A stretch of DNA of 64,000 nucleotides. It comes from Candidatus Latescibacterota bacterium (GTDB lineage: Bacteria; Latescibacterota; UBA2968; UBA8231). The DNA is taken from contig CBDCXV010000011.1 of NCBI GenBank assembly GCA_965223905.1, positions 1,824,001 to 1,888,000 on the forward strand. Direction: 5' to 3'. The notes under the pieces are model-generated. The model did no database searches. It saw only the letters and a program-made list of their open reading frames with translations, and was not told where the DNA came from. Below are positions 41,506 to 50,732 of this stretch, piece by piece. A program made the translations under genes and the position numbers. Numbering within the stretch: the first letter of the stretch is position 1; each line of letters starts with the position of its first letter.

Positions 41506-42528
41506 CTACCAGGCGAGCCGCTGCGGCGCCCCGTCCTCCTGCAGGGATCGCTGCGCCGCCTCGAGCACCCGCACTACGCGCAGCCCGTCCCGCCCGTCGC
41601 TGCGCGGGGTTTTCCGGGAGCGGATGCAGTCGGCAAAATGCTGCGCCTCGAGGCGCAGGGGCTCCGCCATGTGGATGTGAGGGATCACGATGTCCCCCAG
41701 CCGCAGGGTAATGGCATCGCCGTAGCTTTCGTACTCCTCGCGCTCGGCGGCCTTGTCGTAGATACGCACCTTCTCGGTGCTCTCCATGTCGTCGAATACC
41801 GCCATCTTGCGGCTTCCCACGATGGTGAGCTTGCGGATCTTGTGCGGATCGAGCCACGACACCTGCAGCTGCGCCATCTTCCCGTCGGGGAAATGCAGGT
41901 TGACGAAAACGACGTCCTCCACTCCCCGCTGCAGGTACGACTCGCCGCGGGCGCTCACCGTGTCGGGGACCTGGCCCAACAGGTAGAGCATCACCGACAG
42001 GTCGTGCGGCGCGAAGCTCCACAAGGCGTTCTCGTCGCGGCGCACGATGCCGAGGTTCACCCGCTGCGAGTAGAGGTAGCAGATCTCCCCCAACTCCCCC
42101 CGGGCGATCATCTCCTTGAGGAGATCTACCGCGGGGTGGTACTCCAGCAGGTGTCCGACCATCAGCGTGCACCCCTGCCTTTCCCCCAGCTCCACCAGTT
42201 CTTCCGCCTCGCTGCCGGACAAGGTCATCGGCTTTTCGACGAACACGTGCTTGCCCGCCTCCAGAGCCGCCCTGGCCGCGGCAAAATGGCGTATCGCCGG
42301 CACCGCCAGCACCACCGCCTCCACTTCGCGGTCGGCCAGCACTTCGTCGTACGACGCCGCCACCTCGGCGTCCGGGTACTGCGCTCGCATCCCCTTGCGG
42401 ATATCGGCGTTGGCGTCGCAGACGGTCTTCAAACGGATCTCCGGCAGGCTGCCGAATACCCGCACCAGGTTCCTGCCCCAGTAACCGGCACCGACACAGG
42501 CCAGGGTCGTTTGTCCGTGGGTGCTCAC
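41506..42528 (-). CDS. Gfo/Idh/MocA family oxidoreductase (WbpB-like)
   Basis: VGAGYWG, GKHVFVEKP, VGH, APHDLS. Confidence 0.9.
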   Translation of the reverse strand: MSTHGQTTLACVGAGYWGRNLVRVFGSLPEIRLKTVCDANADIRKGMRAQYPDAEVAASYDEVLADREVEAVVLAVPAIRHFAAARAALEAGKHVFVEKPMTLSGSEAEELVELGERQGCTLMVGHLLEYHPAVDLLKEMIARGELGEICYLYSQRVNLGIVRRDENALWSFAPHDLSVMLYLLGQVPDTVSARGESYLQRGVEDVVFVNLHFPDGKMAQLQVSWLDPHKIRKLTIVGSRKMAVFDDMESTEKVRIYDKAAEREEYESYGDAITLRLGDIVIPHIHMAEPLRLEAQHFADCIRSRKTPRSDGRDGLRVVRVLEAAQRSLQEDGAPQRLAW

Positions 42529-43829
42529 AGCCCCCTCACTTTCCCCGCTTCCCCGAGCGGTCCCAGGGCGTTGCGGGTATCGACGATCAGTTGCGCCTTG
42601 CAGGCAACACGGCTCCAGTCGCAGGCCGAGTGCGCCGTCACTATCACGACGCAGTGGGCCGCTTCGAGCGTCTCTCCGTCCAGCTCGACGGAGGCGAGGT
42701 CGTCCCCGTATTCGACGGAGAGCCTGGCGACGTGCGGGTCGTGGTAGGATACCTCCGCTCCCCTGCGCCGCAGCAGGTCGATGATGCGCACCGCGGGACT
42801 CTCGCGGACGTCTTCGACGTCCGCCTTGTAGGCGACGCCGATGACCAGCACCCGCGACCCCTTGACGGCCCGCCCCTCGTCGTTGAGGGCGTCGGCGACC
42901 TTCTCCACAACGTGATGCGGCATGTGCGCGTTCACCTTGTCCGCGAGATCGATGAATCGCGTCTCGTAATCCAGGCTGCGCATCTTCCAGGAGAGGTACA
43001 GCGGGTCGATGGGCAGGCAGTGCCCCCCCAACCCGGGACCGGGGGAGAACTGCATGAAGCCGAACGGCTTGGTCGCCGCGGCCTCGATGATCTCCCAGAC
43101 GTCGAGCCCCAGCCGGTCGCAGATCAGGGCGATCTCGTTGACCAGTCCGACGTTTACGGAGCGGTAGGTGTTCTCCAGCAGCTTGACCATCTCCGCGGCG
43201 GCAGGAGAGGAAACCGGGACGACGACCTCGACCGCGTGCTTGTAGAGAGCCGCGGCCGCGGCGGTGCACTTCGGGGTCAGTCCTCCGATCACCTTGGGGG
43301 TGTTCCGCGTAGTCCAGCGCCGGTTTCCCGGATCGACGCGCTCCGGCGAGAAGGCGAGAAAGAAATCCTCGCCAGGCACGGCGCCGTCGACGCACAGCCT
43401 CGGGAGGATCAATTCCTCGGTCGAACCTGGGTACGTCGTGCTTTCGAGAACGACGAGCATTCCCGGGTGCGTGTAGCGCGCGATCTCGTCGCAGGCGGAA
43501 ACGATGTAGGAGATGTCGGGGGCCTTCGTCTTGCTCAACGGCGTGGGAACGCAGATGCAGACGCAATCCACCTCCTTGAGCACGCTGAAATCGGTGCCTG
43601 CCGAGAGCGTTCCGGCGTCGACCAGCCGTTTGAGCTCGTCGCCGGCCACCTCCGACACGTAGGAATCGCCGGCGTTGACTCGACCAGCCTTTTCCGGGTC
43701 GACGTCGATGCCGGAGGTGCGGATGCCGCCGCGTGCGAACTCCACCGAGAGCGGCAGGCCGACGTAGCCCAGGCCGAGGACGGCCAGCCGCGCTTCCCCG
43801 CGCTCGATCTTTTGGATCAGGGCGCTCAT
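42525..43829 (-). CDS. Nucleotide-sugar dehydrogenase (UDP-GlcNAc 6-dehydrogenase/WbpA-like)
   Basis: GLGYVGLP, CVPTP, ESTTYPG, SPERVDPG, GGHCLPIDP, D.RESP. Confidence 0.93.
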   Translation of the reverse strand: MSALIQKIERGEARLAVLGLGYVGLPLSVEFARGGIRTSGIDVDPEKAGRVNAGDSYVSEVAGDELKRLVDAGTLSAGTDFSVLKEVDCVCICVPTPLSKTKAPDISYIVSACDEIARYTHPGMLVVLESTTYPGSTEELILPRLCVDGAVPGEDFFLAFSPERVDPGNRRWTTRNTPKVIGGLTPKCTAAAAALYKHAVEVVVPVSSPAAAEMVKLLENTYRSVNVGLVNEIALICDRLGLDVWEIIEAAATKPFGFMQFSPGPGLGGHCLPIDPLYLSWKMRSLDYETRFIDLADKVNAHMPHHVVEKVADALNDEGRAVKGSRVLVIGVAYKADVEDVRESPAVRIIDLLRRRGAEVSYHDPHVARLSVEYGDDLASVELDGETLEAAHCVVIVTAHSACDWSRVACKAQLIVDTRNALGPLGEAGKVRGL

Positions 43830-44797
43830 GGAGCCGTTCTCCAGATCCAGTCGCCGGCGCTTCTGCCTTCGTTCCTGTACCAGGTAACGGTGCGCTCGAT
43901 TCCCTCGCGCGCCGGAACCCGGGGCACGTACCCCAGCATCCGGCGCGCCTTGTCGATGCCGGCGAGGGAGCGCCTTATGTCGCCGGGCCGTTCCGGTCCG
44001 TGACGGATGTCTCCCTCTGTCTGCAGCAGCTCCCTGAGGATTTCGACCACCTCGTTCAGGCTGGTGGTGGCGCCGCACCCCACGTTGAAGACCTCCCCGC
44101 TGACCCCCTCGGCTTCCAGGGCCCTGGTGTTCGCGTGGACTACGTTCTTGACGTAGGTGAAGTCCCGCGCAAAGGTGCCGTCGCCGTTGATGGTCAGCGG
44201 CCTGCCCTCGATCAGCCCCACCGTGAAGATGGCGATGACGGCGGCGTACGCGGAGCCGGGATCCATACCGGGGCCGAAAGCGTTGAAATACCTCAGGGAC
44301 ACCGTTTCGAGACCGTACAGCTGCGAAAAAACCCGGCAGTAGAACTCGCCCGTCAACTTGGAAACCGCGTACGGAGAAATCGGCTTCGGCACCATGTCCT
44401 CGGTGTTCGGCACGGTCTCGGTGTCGCCGTACACCGAGCAGGAAGAGGCGTTGACGAGCCGTTTCACCCCGGCATCCCGCGCCGCCTCGAGCAGGTTGAG
44501 GGTGCCGCCGACGTTGACGTCGTTGGTGGTAACCGGATCCTCCACCGACTGCGGCACCGACGGCACCGCCGCCTGGTGGAGGACGAAGTCGACCCCGTCG
44601 ACCGCTTCGCGCACGGTCCGCCGGCTGCGCAGGTCTCCCCCGACGATTTCGATCCCGCCGGCGAACGGCTCGAGGCGTTCCTGCCTGCCGGAAGAGAAAT
44701 TGTCGAGGACGCGGACGCGGTGTCCTTTCGCGAGCAGCTCCTCGACCAGGTGTGAACCGATGAACCCGGCGCCCCCGGTTACCAGTGTCGACGTCAT
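43826..44797 (-). CDS. NAD-dependent epimerase/dehydratase (WbpP-like SDR)
   Basis: TGGAGFIGSH, SPYAVSK, LRYFNAFGP, RDFTYV. Confidence 0.92.
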   Translation of the reverse strand: MTSTLVTGGAGFIGSHLVEELLAKGHRVRVLDNFSSGRQERLEPFAGGIEIVGGDLRSRRTVREAVDGVDFVLHQAAVPSVPQSVEDPVTTNDVNVGGTLNLLEAARDAGVKRLVNASSCSVYGDTETVPNTEDMVPKPISPYAVSKLTGEFYCRVFSQLYGLETVSLRYFNAFGPGMDPGSAYAAVIAIFTVGLIEGRPLTINGDGTFARDFTYVKNVVHANTRALEAEGVSGEVFNVGCGATTSLNEVVEILRELLQTEGDIRHGPERPGDIRRSLAGIDKARRMLGYVPRVPAREGIERTVTWYRNEGRSAGDWIWRTAP

Positions 44798-45774
44798 TCC
44801 GTTCCTCGTTTTTCCGTTGCCGGACACCCCTTTTCCGAAGTGCAGGCCGTTGGGTGGGCCTCCATCCACGCCCGGGTCCTTTCAAGCCCTTCGCGGAGGT
44901 CCACCGATGGTTTCCAGCCCGTGAGAGCCGCGGCCTTGGAGCCGTCCCCCACCATCTCCGAGGGCTCGCCCGAGGGGTGCTCAGGCTCCCGGGTGGCCAC
45001 CCGGTCTCCGGCGATCATTTCCGCCAGCTCCCCGAGGGGCACCCCGCGGCCGCTGGCGGCGTTGAGCACCTCTCCCTCGCAGCGCCGCGAGAGCCCGGCC
45101 TCGACTATCAGGGCGACGCAGTCTTCCACGTACACGAAATCCCGGGTCTCCTCCCCGTCCCCGCCAAGGACCGGGGATTCACCCGCCATTGCCCGCCGTT
45201 GCAGGCGAGCGACCACCCCCCCTTCTCCCTCGCCCCTCTGGAAGGGCCCGTAGATGTCGAAGGGCCGCACGACGACGACGGGAAGGCGGTAGGCCCGGTG
45301 GTATCCGAGGCAGAGATTCTCGGCCGCCAGCTTGCAGGCGGCGTACGGGGACCCGGCCCCCGGGGGATGCTCCTCGGAAATGGCCGAACCGCCGTCGCTG
45401 ATCCGGGAGGTGCTGACGAAAACCATTCTGGAGTCGTACTCGCGACACATTTCGAGCAGCCGCATGGTGCCGCCAACGACGCAGTCGAAGGTCTCCTGCG
45501 GTTCTTCCAACGATTTCCGAGGATCCGTTACCGAAGCGAGATGAAAGCAGCACTCGAGGCCGCGGAAGAAAAGCTCGTACAAGGTTCCGGGATTCCGGAC
45601 GTCCCCCCGGATCAGCCCCTCGAATCCGGGACGGCCGGAGAACTCGGCGAGGTTGGCGCGGCAACCGCCCGACAGGTTGTCGAGGACGATGACCCGCTTG
45701 CCGCGTTGCAGCAACCCGGAAACCAGCCAGCGACCGATGAATCCGGCCCCGCCGGTTACCAGACAGAGTCCCAT
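44794..45774 (-). CDS. NAD-dependent epimerase/dehydratase family protein
   Basis: TGGAGFIG, SPYAACK, RPFDIYGP, TRDFVYV. Confidence 0.88.
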   Translation of the reverse strand: MGLCLVTGGAGFIGRWLVSGLLQRGKRVIVLDNLSGGCRANLAEFSGRPGFEGLIRGDVRNPGTLYELFFRGLECCFHLASVTDPRKSLEEPQETFDCVVGGTMRLLEMCREYDSRMVFVSTSRISDGGSAISEEHPPGAGSPYAACKLAAENLCLGYHRAYRLPVVVVRPFDIYGPFQRGEGEGGVVARLQRRAMAGESPVLGGDGEETRDFVYVEDCVALIVEAGLSRRCEGEVLNAASGRGVPLGELAEMIAGDRVATREPEHPSGEPSEMVGDGSKAAALTGWKPSVDLREGLERTRAWMEAHPTACTSEKGCPATEKRGTE

Positions 45775-45885
45775 TCCGCCCGCCTGCACGGATCGGCCCC
45801 GGCGGACACCGGCAGCCGTGAGATGCCGTTTCTCCCGCCATCCGGTTTGATGAGGTCTCGCCGAGTAATTAGAATTTCCAACACT

Positions 45886-45922
45886 TTCAGAATACTGTTC
45901 AGAATACTGTTCAGAATACTGT
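45886..45922. repeat. Three perfect tandem 12-bp repeats (TTCAGAATACTG)
   Basis: Copies start at 45886, 45898 and 45910 in an AT-rich divergent promoter region. Confidence 0.9.
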
Positions 45923-45984
45923 ATCGTTCAAAAATACATAAACTTGCGAGAATTTCACCAATGTTGAACCGCCGCCGGAAGTCG

Positions 45985-47451
45985 ATGCGGAAGAACGGCC
46001 TGCCCCTGGCCGCGGCCGCTTTCGCCCTCGCCCTGCTCGTCGATCCACCCGCCCACGCCGCGCCCCTCTCGCTGGGGGAATGCATCGATCTCGCAGCCAG
46101 AAAGAATCTCGGGTACCTCAGCGACCTTCGCGATTTCGAGGCCACCCGGGAACAGCTGCGCCAGGCGCGCGCCCAATTCGGGCTGGGCATCGACGCCTCC
46201 TTCGACCTGCCAACCTATACCGAGAGCCGCCGGCTCCAGGACAACATCGCCCTGATCCAGAGAGTCCGCGAAGAGAACACGAACATGGTCTACGGGGGCC
46301 GGACGACGCTGTCGCAACGGGTTCCCCACGTCGGCAGGTTCAGCGTCACCGCCTCCGGCTCGCGCAACGATTTCAGCTCCAACCGCCGCATGGACCGGCG
46401 CGAGTTCGTCGGCGATCTGCAGGTCGAGTACACACGCGACCTCCTGTTCACGCCGGCCGCGGAAATCCAGCTTCAACAGGCCCAGCTCGGGCTCTCGATC
46501 AGCCGATCAAACCTGTACCGCCGTGAACTCCAGCTCGAGGAGCAGGTCACCAACTCCTTCTACGACCTCGTGCAGGCGATCCGCGAGCTCGAGATCCAGA
46601 AGCAGCGGCTCGAGCAGTCGACGGCGGCCCTCGATCTCGCCCTGCGCAAGTTCGAAATCGGGCTGATCGCCGAAGTGGAGGCGCTGCACCTCAGGGTCGA
46701 GAAGCTCAGGGCGGAAGCGGAATTCACCAGGGCGCAGACGCAGATCGAAAGCCAGCGCGACCGCTTGCGGGAGATACTCGGGATGGAGATGGACGAACCG
46801 CTCGAGGTGCTGACCGCGGTCGATCACCAGGTGGTGCCGATCGCCGAAGGACAGGCCGTCGAGATCGGACTGGGCCGGCGCAGCGACCTGCGCCAGGCGG
46901 AGTGGTCGCGTCGCTCCTCGGAGCTCTCGCTCAGGGATCTTGAGCAGCAGCTCGGCCCGACTGCGCAGCTGAACACGCGGCTGACGCTGCTGGGACGGGG
47001 CTCGGAGGCCAGCGACGTCAGCAGCACCTTCGAACGCAGCCTTGTCTCGGCGGGAATCCGCATGGAACTCCCGCTCGTCGACGGCGGGGAGCGGCGCGCC
47101 CGCGTGCGCCGGGCGGAGATCGACCTGGAGAAATCACTGCTCAACCGCGAGTCGGTCGAGCGTGGGATCGTGCGAGAAATCCGCGACGCCGTGCGCACCG
47201 TCAGCGAAGCGGAACGACAGATCGAACTTGGCCGCGAAGAACTCGAGGTCGCCGAACGGACCTACGACGTGGAACGCAGCCGTTTCGAGTTGGGACTGGC
47301 CGACAGCCAGGAACTGCTTCAGGCCCAGACTGCCCTGACCCAGGCGCGACTGGACGGGCTGCGCGAGGCGATTGACTACCAGCGCGCTCTCGCCGGTCTG
47401 CGGGTCGCCACCATGGCCGACCTCGCGGAGTTGAGCGAACCCGGGGAATAG
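45985..47451 (+). CDS. TolC family outer membrane efflux protein
   Basis: Signal peptide, LSLGECIDLA, two OEP repeats (RKFEIGL, SRFELGL). Alternative start at 45961. Confidence 0.88.
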   Translation: MRKNGLPLAAAAFALALLVDPPAHAAPLSLGECIDLAARKNLGYLSDLRDFEATREQLRQARAQFGLGIDASFDLPTYTESRRLQDNIALIQRVREENTNMVYGGRTTLSQRVPHVGRFSVTASGSRNDFSSNRRMDRREFVGDLQVEYTRDLLFTPAAEIQLQQAQLGLSISRSNLYRRELQLEEQVTNSFYDLVQAIRELEIQKQRLEQSTAALDLALRKFEIGLIAEVEALHLRVEKLRAEAEFTRAQTQIESQRDRLREILGMEMDEPLEVLTAVDHQVVPIAEGQAVEIGLGRRSDLRQAEWSRRSSELSLRDLEQQLGPTAQLNTRLTLLGRGSEASDVSSTFERSLVSAGIRMELPLVDGGERRARVRRAEIDLEKSLLNRESVERGIVREIRDAVRTVSEAERQIELGREELEVAERTYDVERSRFELGLADSQELLQAQTALTQARLDGLREAIDYQRALAGLRVATMADLAELSEPGE

Positions 47452-47455
47452 GTCC

Positions 47456-47944
47456 TCAGCTGTCGTCGTTCGAATCCATCAGGGGATGGGTGAACTCCTC
47501 GTCCTCGCCGAAGATCAGGCGCCGGGGCCTCAGGCGGGTGTAGCTCGGAATCTGGTTCTTCTCTTCGGCCTCCTGGCAGGCGACGCATAGGCGTGCGGTC
47601 GGCAGGGCGTTCAGCCGCAGGGGCGGGATGAGGGGGCAGGTCGGGCACAACTCGAGCGGCGTCTCCAGACAGGCCTCGCACTTTCCGTAGGTGTTGGTCT
47701 CGAGCTTTTCGAGGGCGAGGGTGATCTCCTCCAGCTCGCGGCGTTCCGTATCTCCCAACGCGACCAGCAGCTCCATGGTTCCCGCTTCGACGGCGCGGTC
47801 GAGATCGTCCGCCTTGGGATCCTGCAGGTGGTCGATTTCGGTCTCGTTGCCCTGCAGATCGGCGATCAACTCGGCGCGGCGATCGAGAAGCCGCTTCTTC
47901 ATTTTCTGGCGTTCTTTTTTGTTAAGCGCCGTTTTTTCAACCAT
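47456..47944 (-). CDS. TraR/DksA C4-type zinc-finger protein
   Basis: Coiled coil with DDLDRA tip, YGKCEAC...RLNALPTARLCVAC. Confidence 0.85.
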   Translation of the reverse strand: MVEKTALNKKERQKMKKRLLDRRAELIADLQGNETEIDHLQDPKADDLDRAVEAGTMELLVALGDTERRELEEITLALEKLETNTYGKCEACLETPLELCPTCPLIPPLRLNALPTARLCVACQEAEEKNQIPSYTRLRPRRLIFGEDEEFTHPLMDSNDDS

Positions 47945-48092
47945 CCTGCTCTCTCCTGGAGGCCCCCGCGGTTCCCTGCGGGGCGTGAATCGTGGGCGAG
48001 CGCCCCGGGAGCCGCCGGTCGCTCGCGAGGTTTCGGCGGTCCCTGTGTGCCCGGAGCCGGCCGGATCCACCCGTTGCGCTGATGTTTAGAGC

Positions 48093-48845
48093 TCAATCCC
48101 GAAGGCGGCGAAGCTTGTCGCGCAACGAGGCGGCGAGCTCGAATTTCTCTTCCTCTACCGCTGCCCGGAGGTCGGCGTCGAGCCTCTCTCTCCGGCTCAA
48201 GGGCCGGTTCCCCTCCACCTCCTTTTCCCATTTTCTGAGAAACTGCAGTTCCTCGCATTCGTCGGAACCGGGTTCTTCCTGTGCCTCGAGGAACTGCTCG
48301 ATCTCTTCGATTCCACCTCTAATCTCCTGCAGCGCCTCCTCGTGCTCTTTCTCCTCCAGCATCTGCAGGGCACGCGCCTGGATTCGGTGGGTGGTTACAA
48401 AAACCCGATACTGATCGGAGATCCGGCGGTCCTCGTCATGCTCGGCGTACTGCTTGCACATGTCGAGAATACCGAGATTGTGCTCGGCGTCCTCTTCGGC
48501 CCGCTCGTATTCCTTGAGCTCGAAAAAACTGATGCGCCGCCAGTAGTACTGCATCGCCTCCCGGCTCAGGGCCCAGCAGTCCTCCCGCGACAGCGAGAAA
48601 CCGCGCTTGCCTTCCCCCCTGACCGCCTCCCGCAGCTTGTTCTGGTAATAGCTGAGAAGGGAGCGGCTGTTGTGGGGCCGGGACCCGTCCGGGCGATCCG
48701 TCCACTCCAGCTGCATCAGCCCGAGGTCGACGCGAATCTGGATCTTGCGTCTGCGGCCGCTCCCGTCAATGGCGCGAACGATGAGTTCTCCCGGCTTGTA
48801 GTTCCAAGCCTCGAGGATGCTGCTGATGTCCTTGTCCCTGGTCAC
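48093..48845 (-). CDS. UvrB/UvrC motif-containing protein
   Basis: IQIRVDLGLMQLE..DRPDG.RP, C-terminal AVEEEKFELAASLRDKL; start placed downstream of the promoter. Confidence 0.8.
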   Translation of the reverse strand: MTRDKDISSILEAWNYKPGELIVRAIDGSGRRRKIQIRVDLGLMQLEWTDRPDGSRPHNSRSLLSYYQNKLREAVRGEGKRGFSLSREDCWALSREAMQYYWRRISFFELKEYERAEEDAEHNLGILDMCKQYAEHDEDRRISDQYRVFVTTHRIQARALQMLEEKEHEEALQEIRGGIEEIEQFLEAQEEPGSDECEELQFLRKWEKEVEGNRPLSRRERLDADLRAAVEEEKFELAASLRDKLRRLRD

Positions 48846-48926
48846 GTCCGGATTCGTTTCGGTGAAGTTGCCGGAGGAAGGGGGAGCGAAGGCAGGCAAC
48901 TGATCCGTTTTGGCAAAAGGCCGGCC

Positions 48927-48955
48927 AGTATAGAGCCCGCCAGGCACCTTGTCAA
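48927..48955 (-). promoter_or_regulatory. Sigma70 promoter
   Basis: TTGACA-17 bp-TATACT. Confidence 0.75.
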
Positions 48956-49797
48956 CTTCCCGGGGGAGATTCCGCCCCATCAGGGCCGGCCCGGATCTCC
49001 TCTACGATGGCCAGCAGTTCCTTCTCCAGGCTCGCCGTCGAGGTCTTGTTGTCGAGATGGTCCTGAATGACCGGAAGGGCCTGCTCGCCGACCATCACCA
49101 GGGAGGTGTGGGCGAGGGCCCTCTCACGAGGAGTGGTCTCTTCTGCGCGGCCCGGGTTCTCCATCGGGGTGCCGAACATCGAGATCCGCGGCATACTCTC
49201 CCCGAACAGTCCGGTGCCCATACTCGGATCTCCGAACAACTCCATCGGCCCGCGAAGCGAATCGCGAAGAGCCGCGAGGTCGGTCTCCTCACCGGTGAAG
49301 ACCCCCTTGGGATACCGCCGGTCCTCCCGCAGCATCAACAGGTCGTAGTAGACCAGCGCGTTTACGAGGATGTCCGCTGCCTGGGTTCCTCCGAGCTGCC
49401 CCAGCACCGGTATGGCCGCCATCCGCAGCTCGACGTTGGGGTCGTTGAGGGAGCGGTCGAGCAGCTTCCCGATCGGCTTTACGGCGCTGCGGTCTCCGAT
49501 CTTCCCGAGCGAGACCATGGCCGACCCCTTGAGAGTGGTTCGCTGGTCGTACTCCCCCAGCACCCCTATCAGGGCCGGCACCGCGGCCGGTTCGCCGATT
49601 TCGCCGAGCACCTCGGCGGCTTTTCTGCGCGTCGCGTAGGGGTAATCGGGGCGCGAAACGATCTCAATCAGCTTGTCGAGCTTTTTCGTGTCCCCCGCTT
49701 CGTACGCCTTGTGCATGCGGGATACGTTGCTGCATGAAAGCAGGAAGCAGACCGCCGGGACGACGGCGACTGCGGCTGTTGCAGATGGGAAGCGCAT
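48952..49797 (-). CDS. HEAT repeat lipoprotein
   Basis: Lipobox LLSC and PBS-lyase HEAT repeats (AAEVLGEIG.PAAVPALI). Confidence 0.8.
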   Translation of the reverse strand: MRFPSATAAVAVVPAVCFLLSCSNVSRMHKAYEAGDTKKLDKLIEIVSRPDYPYATRRKAAEVLGEIGEPAAVPALIGVLGEYDQRTTLKGSAMVSLGKIGDRSAVKPIGKLLDRSLNDPNVELRMAAIPVLGQLGGTQAADILVNALVYYDLLMLREDRRYPKGVFTGEETDLAALRDSLRGPMELFGDPSMGTGLFGESMPRISMFGTPMENPGRAEETTPRERALAHTSLVMVGEQALPVIQDHLDNKTSTASLEKELLAIVEEIRAGPDGAESPPGS

Positions 49798-49835
49798 CGG
49801 GGATATTCTACCCCCCTTTCGGAGCATAAGTGGTG

Positions 49836-50651
49836 ATGACCAAGGCTGATGTGCATAACCGCCAACCCATTCCGGGAGTTAAAGATATGGTCGCCGTTTC
49901 GAGCGGCAAGGGTGGCGTCGGCAAGTCGACGGTCGCGACCAATCTCGCCGTCGCCATGGCCGCCGAGGGAGCCGCAGTCGGACTGATCGACTCCGACATA
50001 TACGGCCCCAACGTCCCGGGAATGCTCGGCCTCGAGGGCCGCCCGGCCGTCGACCCCGGAAGCAACCGGATCAAACCGGCCGGGGCGCACGGGATCAAGG
50101 TCATCTCCATGGGAATGCTGATCGATCCCGGAGTTCCCGTGATCTGGCGCGGGCCGATGCTGGCGAAAATGATGAACCAGTTTCTCTTCCAGGTCGACTG
50201 GGGGGATATCGACGTCATGCTGCTCGACCTGCCCCCGGGAACCGGGGACGTGCAGATCACCCTGACCCAGACGGCGCCGCTCACCGGGGCCGTCATCGTC
50301 ACCACGTCTTCCGAGATCGCCATGGAGGACGTCCGCCGCGGGGTGGCGATGTTTCGCCAGACCGACGTTCCCCTCCTCGGACTGATCGAGAACATGTGCG
50401 AGTTCGCCTGCGATCACTGCGGCCATCGCGCCAACCTGTTCGGCGAAGGGGGCGGGAGTAAGCTCGCCGGGGCCTTCGGCATCGACCTGTTGGCGCAGTT
50501 GCCTCTCGATCCCCGCATAGGCCGGTGTTCCGATGAAGGGACCCCCTTCGCCGCGGCGCGCCGCGGCGATCCGACGAGCGAGCTGTTCAGCGAGGCTGCG
50601 AGGTCCCTCATGGAGCGCTTGGGGAATCGAAGGGATAGCGGGGCGGGATGA
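49836..50651 (+). CDS. apbC: Mrp/NBP35 (ApbC) Fe-S carrier ATPase
   Basis: SSGKGGVGKST, D.DIYGP, WRGPM, DLPPGTGD, ENM..F.C..C. Confidence 0.92.
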   Translation: MTKADVHNRQPIPGVKDMVAVSSGKGGVGKSTVATNLAVAMAAEGAAVGLIDSDIYGPNVPGMLGLEGRPAVDPGSNRIKPAGAHGIKVISMGMLIDPGVPVIWRGPMLAKMMNQFLFQVDWGDIDVMLLDLPPGTGDVQITLTQTAPLTGAVIVTTSSEIAMEDVRRGVAMFRQTDVPLLGLIENMCEFACDHCGHRANLFGEGGGSKLAGAFGIDLLAQLPLDPRIGRCSDEGTPFAAARRGDPTSELFSEAARSLMERLGNRRDSGAG

Positions 50652-50732
50652 AGGCAGCCCCGCCTGTTTCATCGCCTCGGGTCAGCCGGGCGCATTCGAC
50701 TACCGCGCCGATCACCGTGCAGGTCGCCGGCT

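Noticed and set aside
45886-45922. Possible CRISPR array
   Set aside because: Repeats are 12 bp, contiguous and spacer-less, and no cas genes are present.
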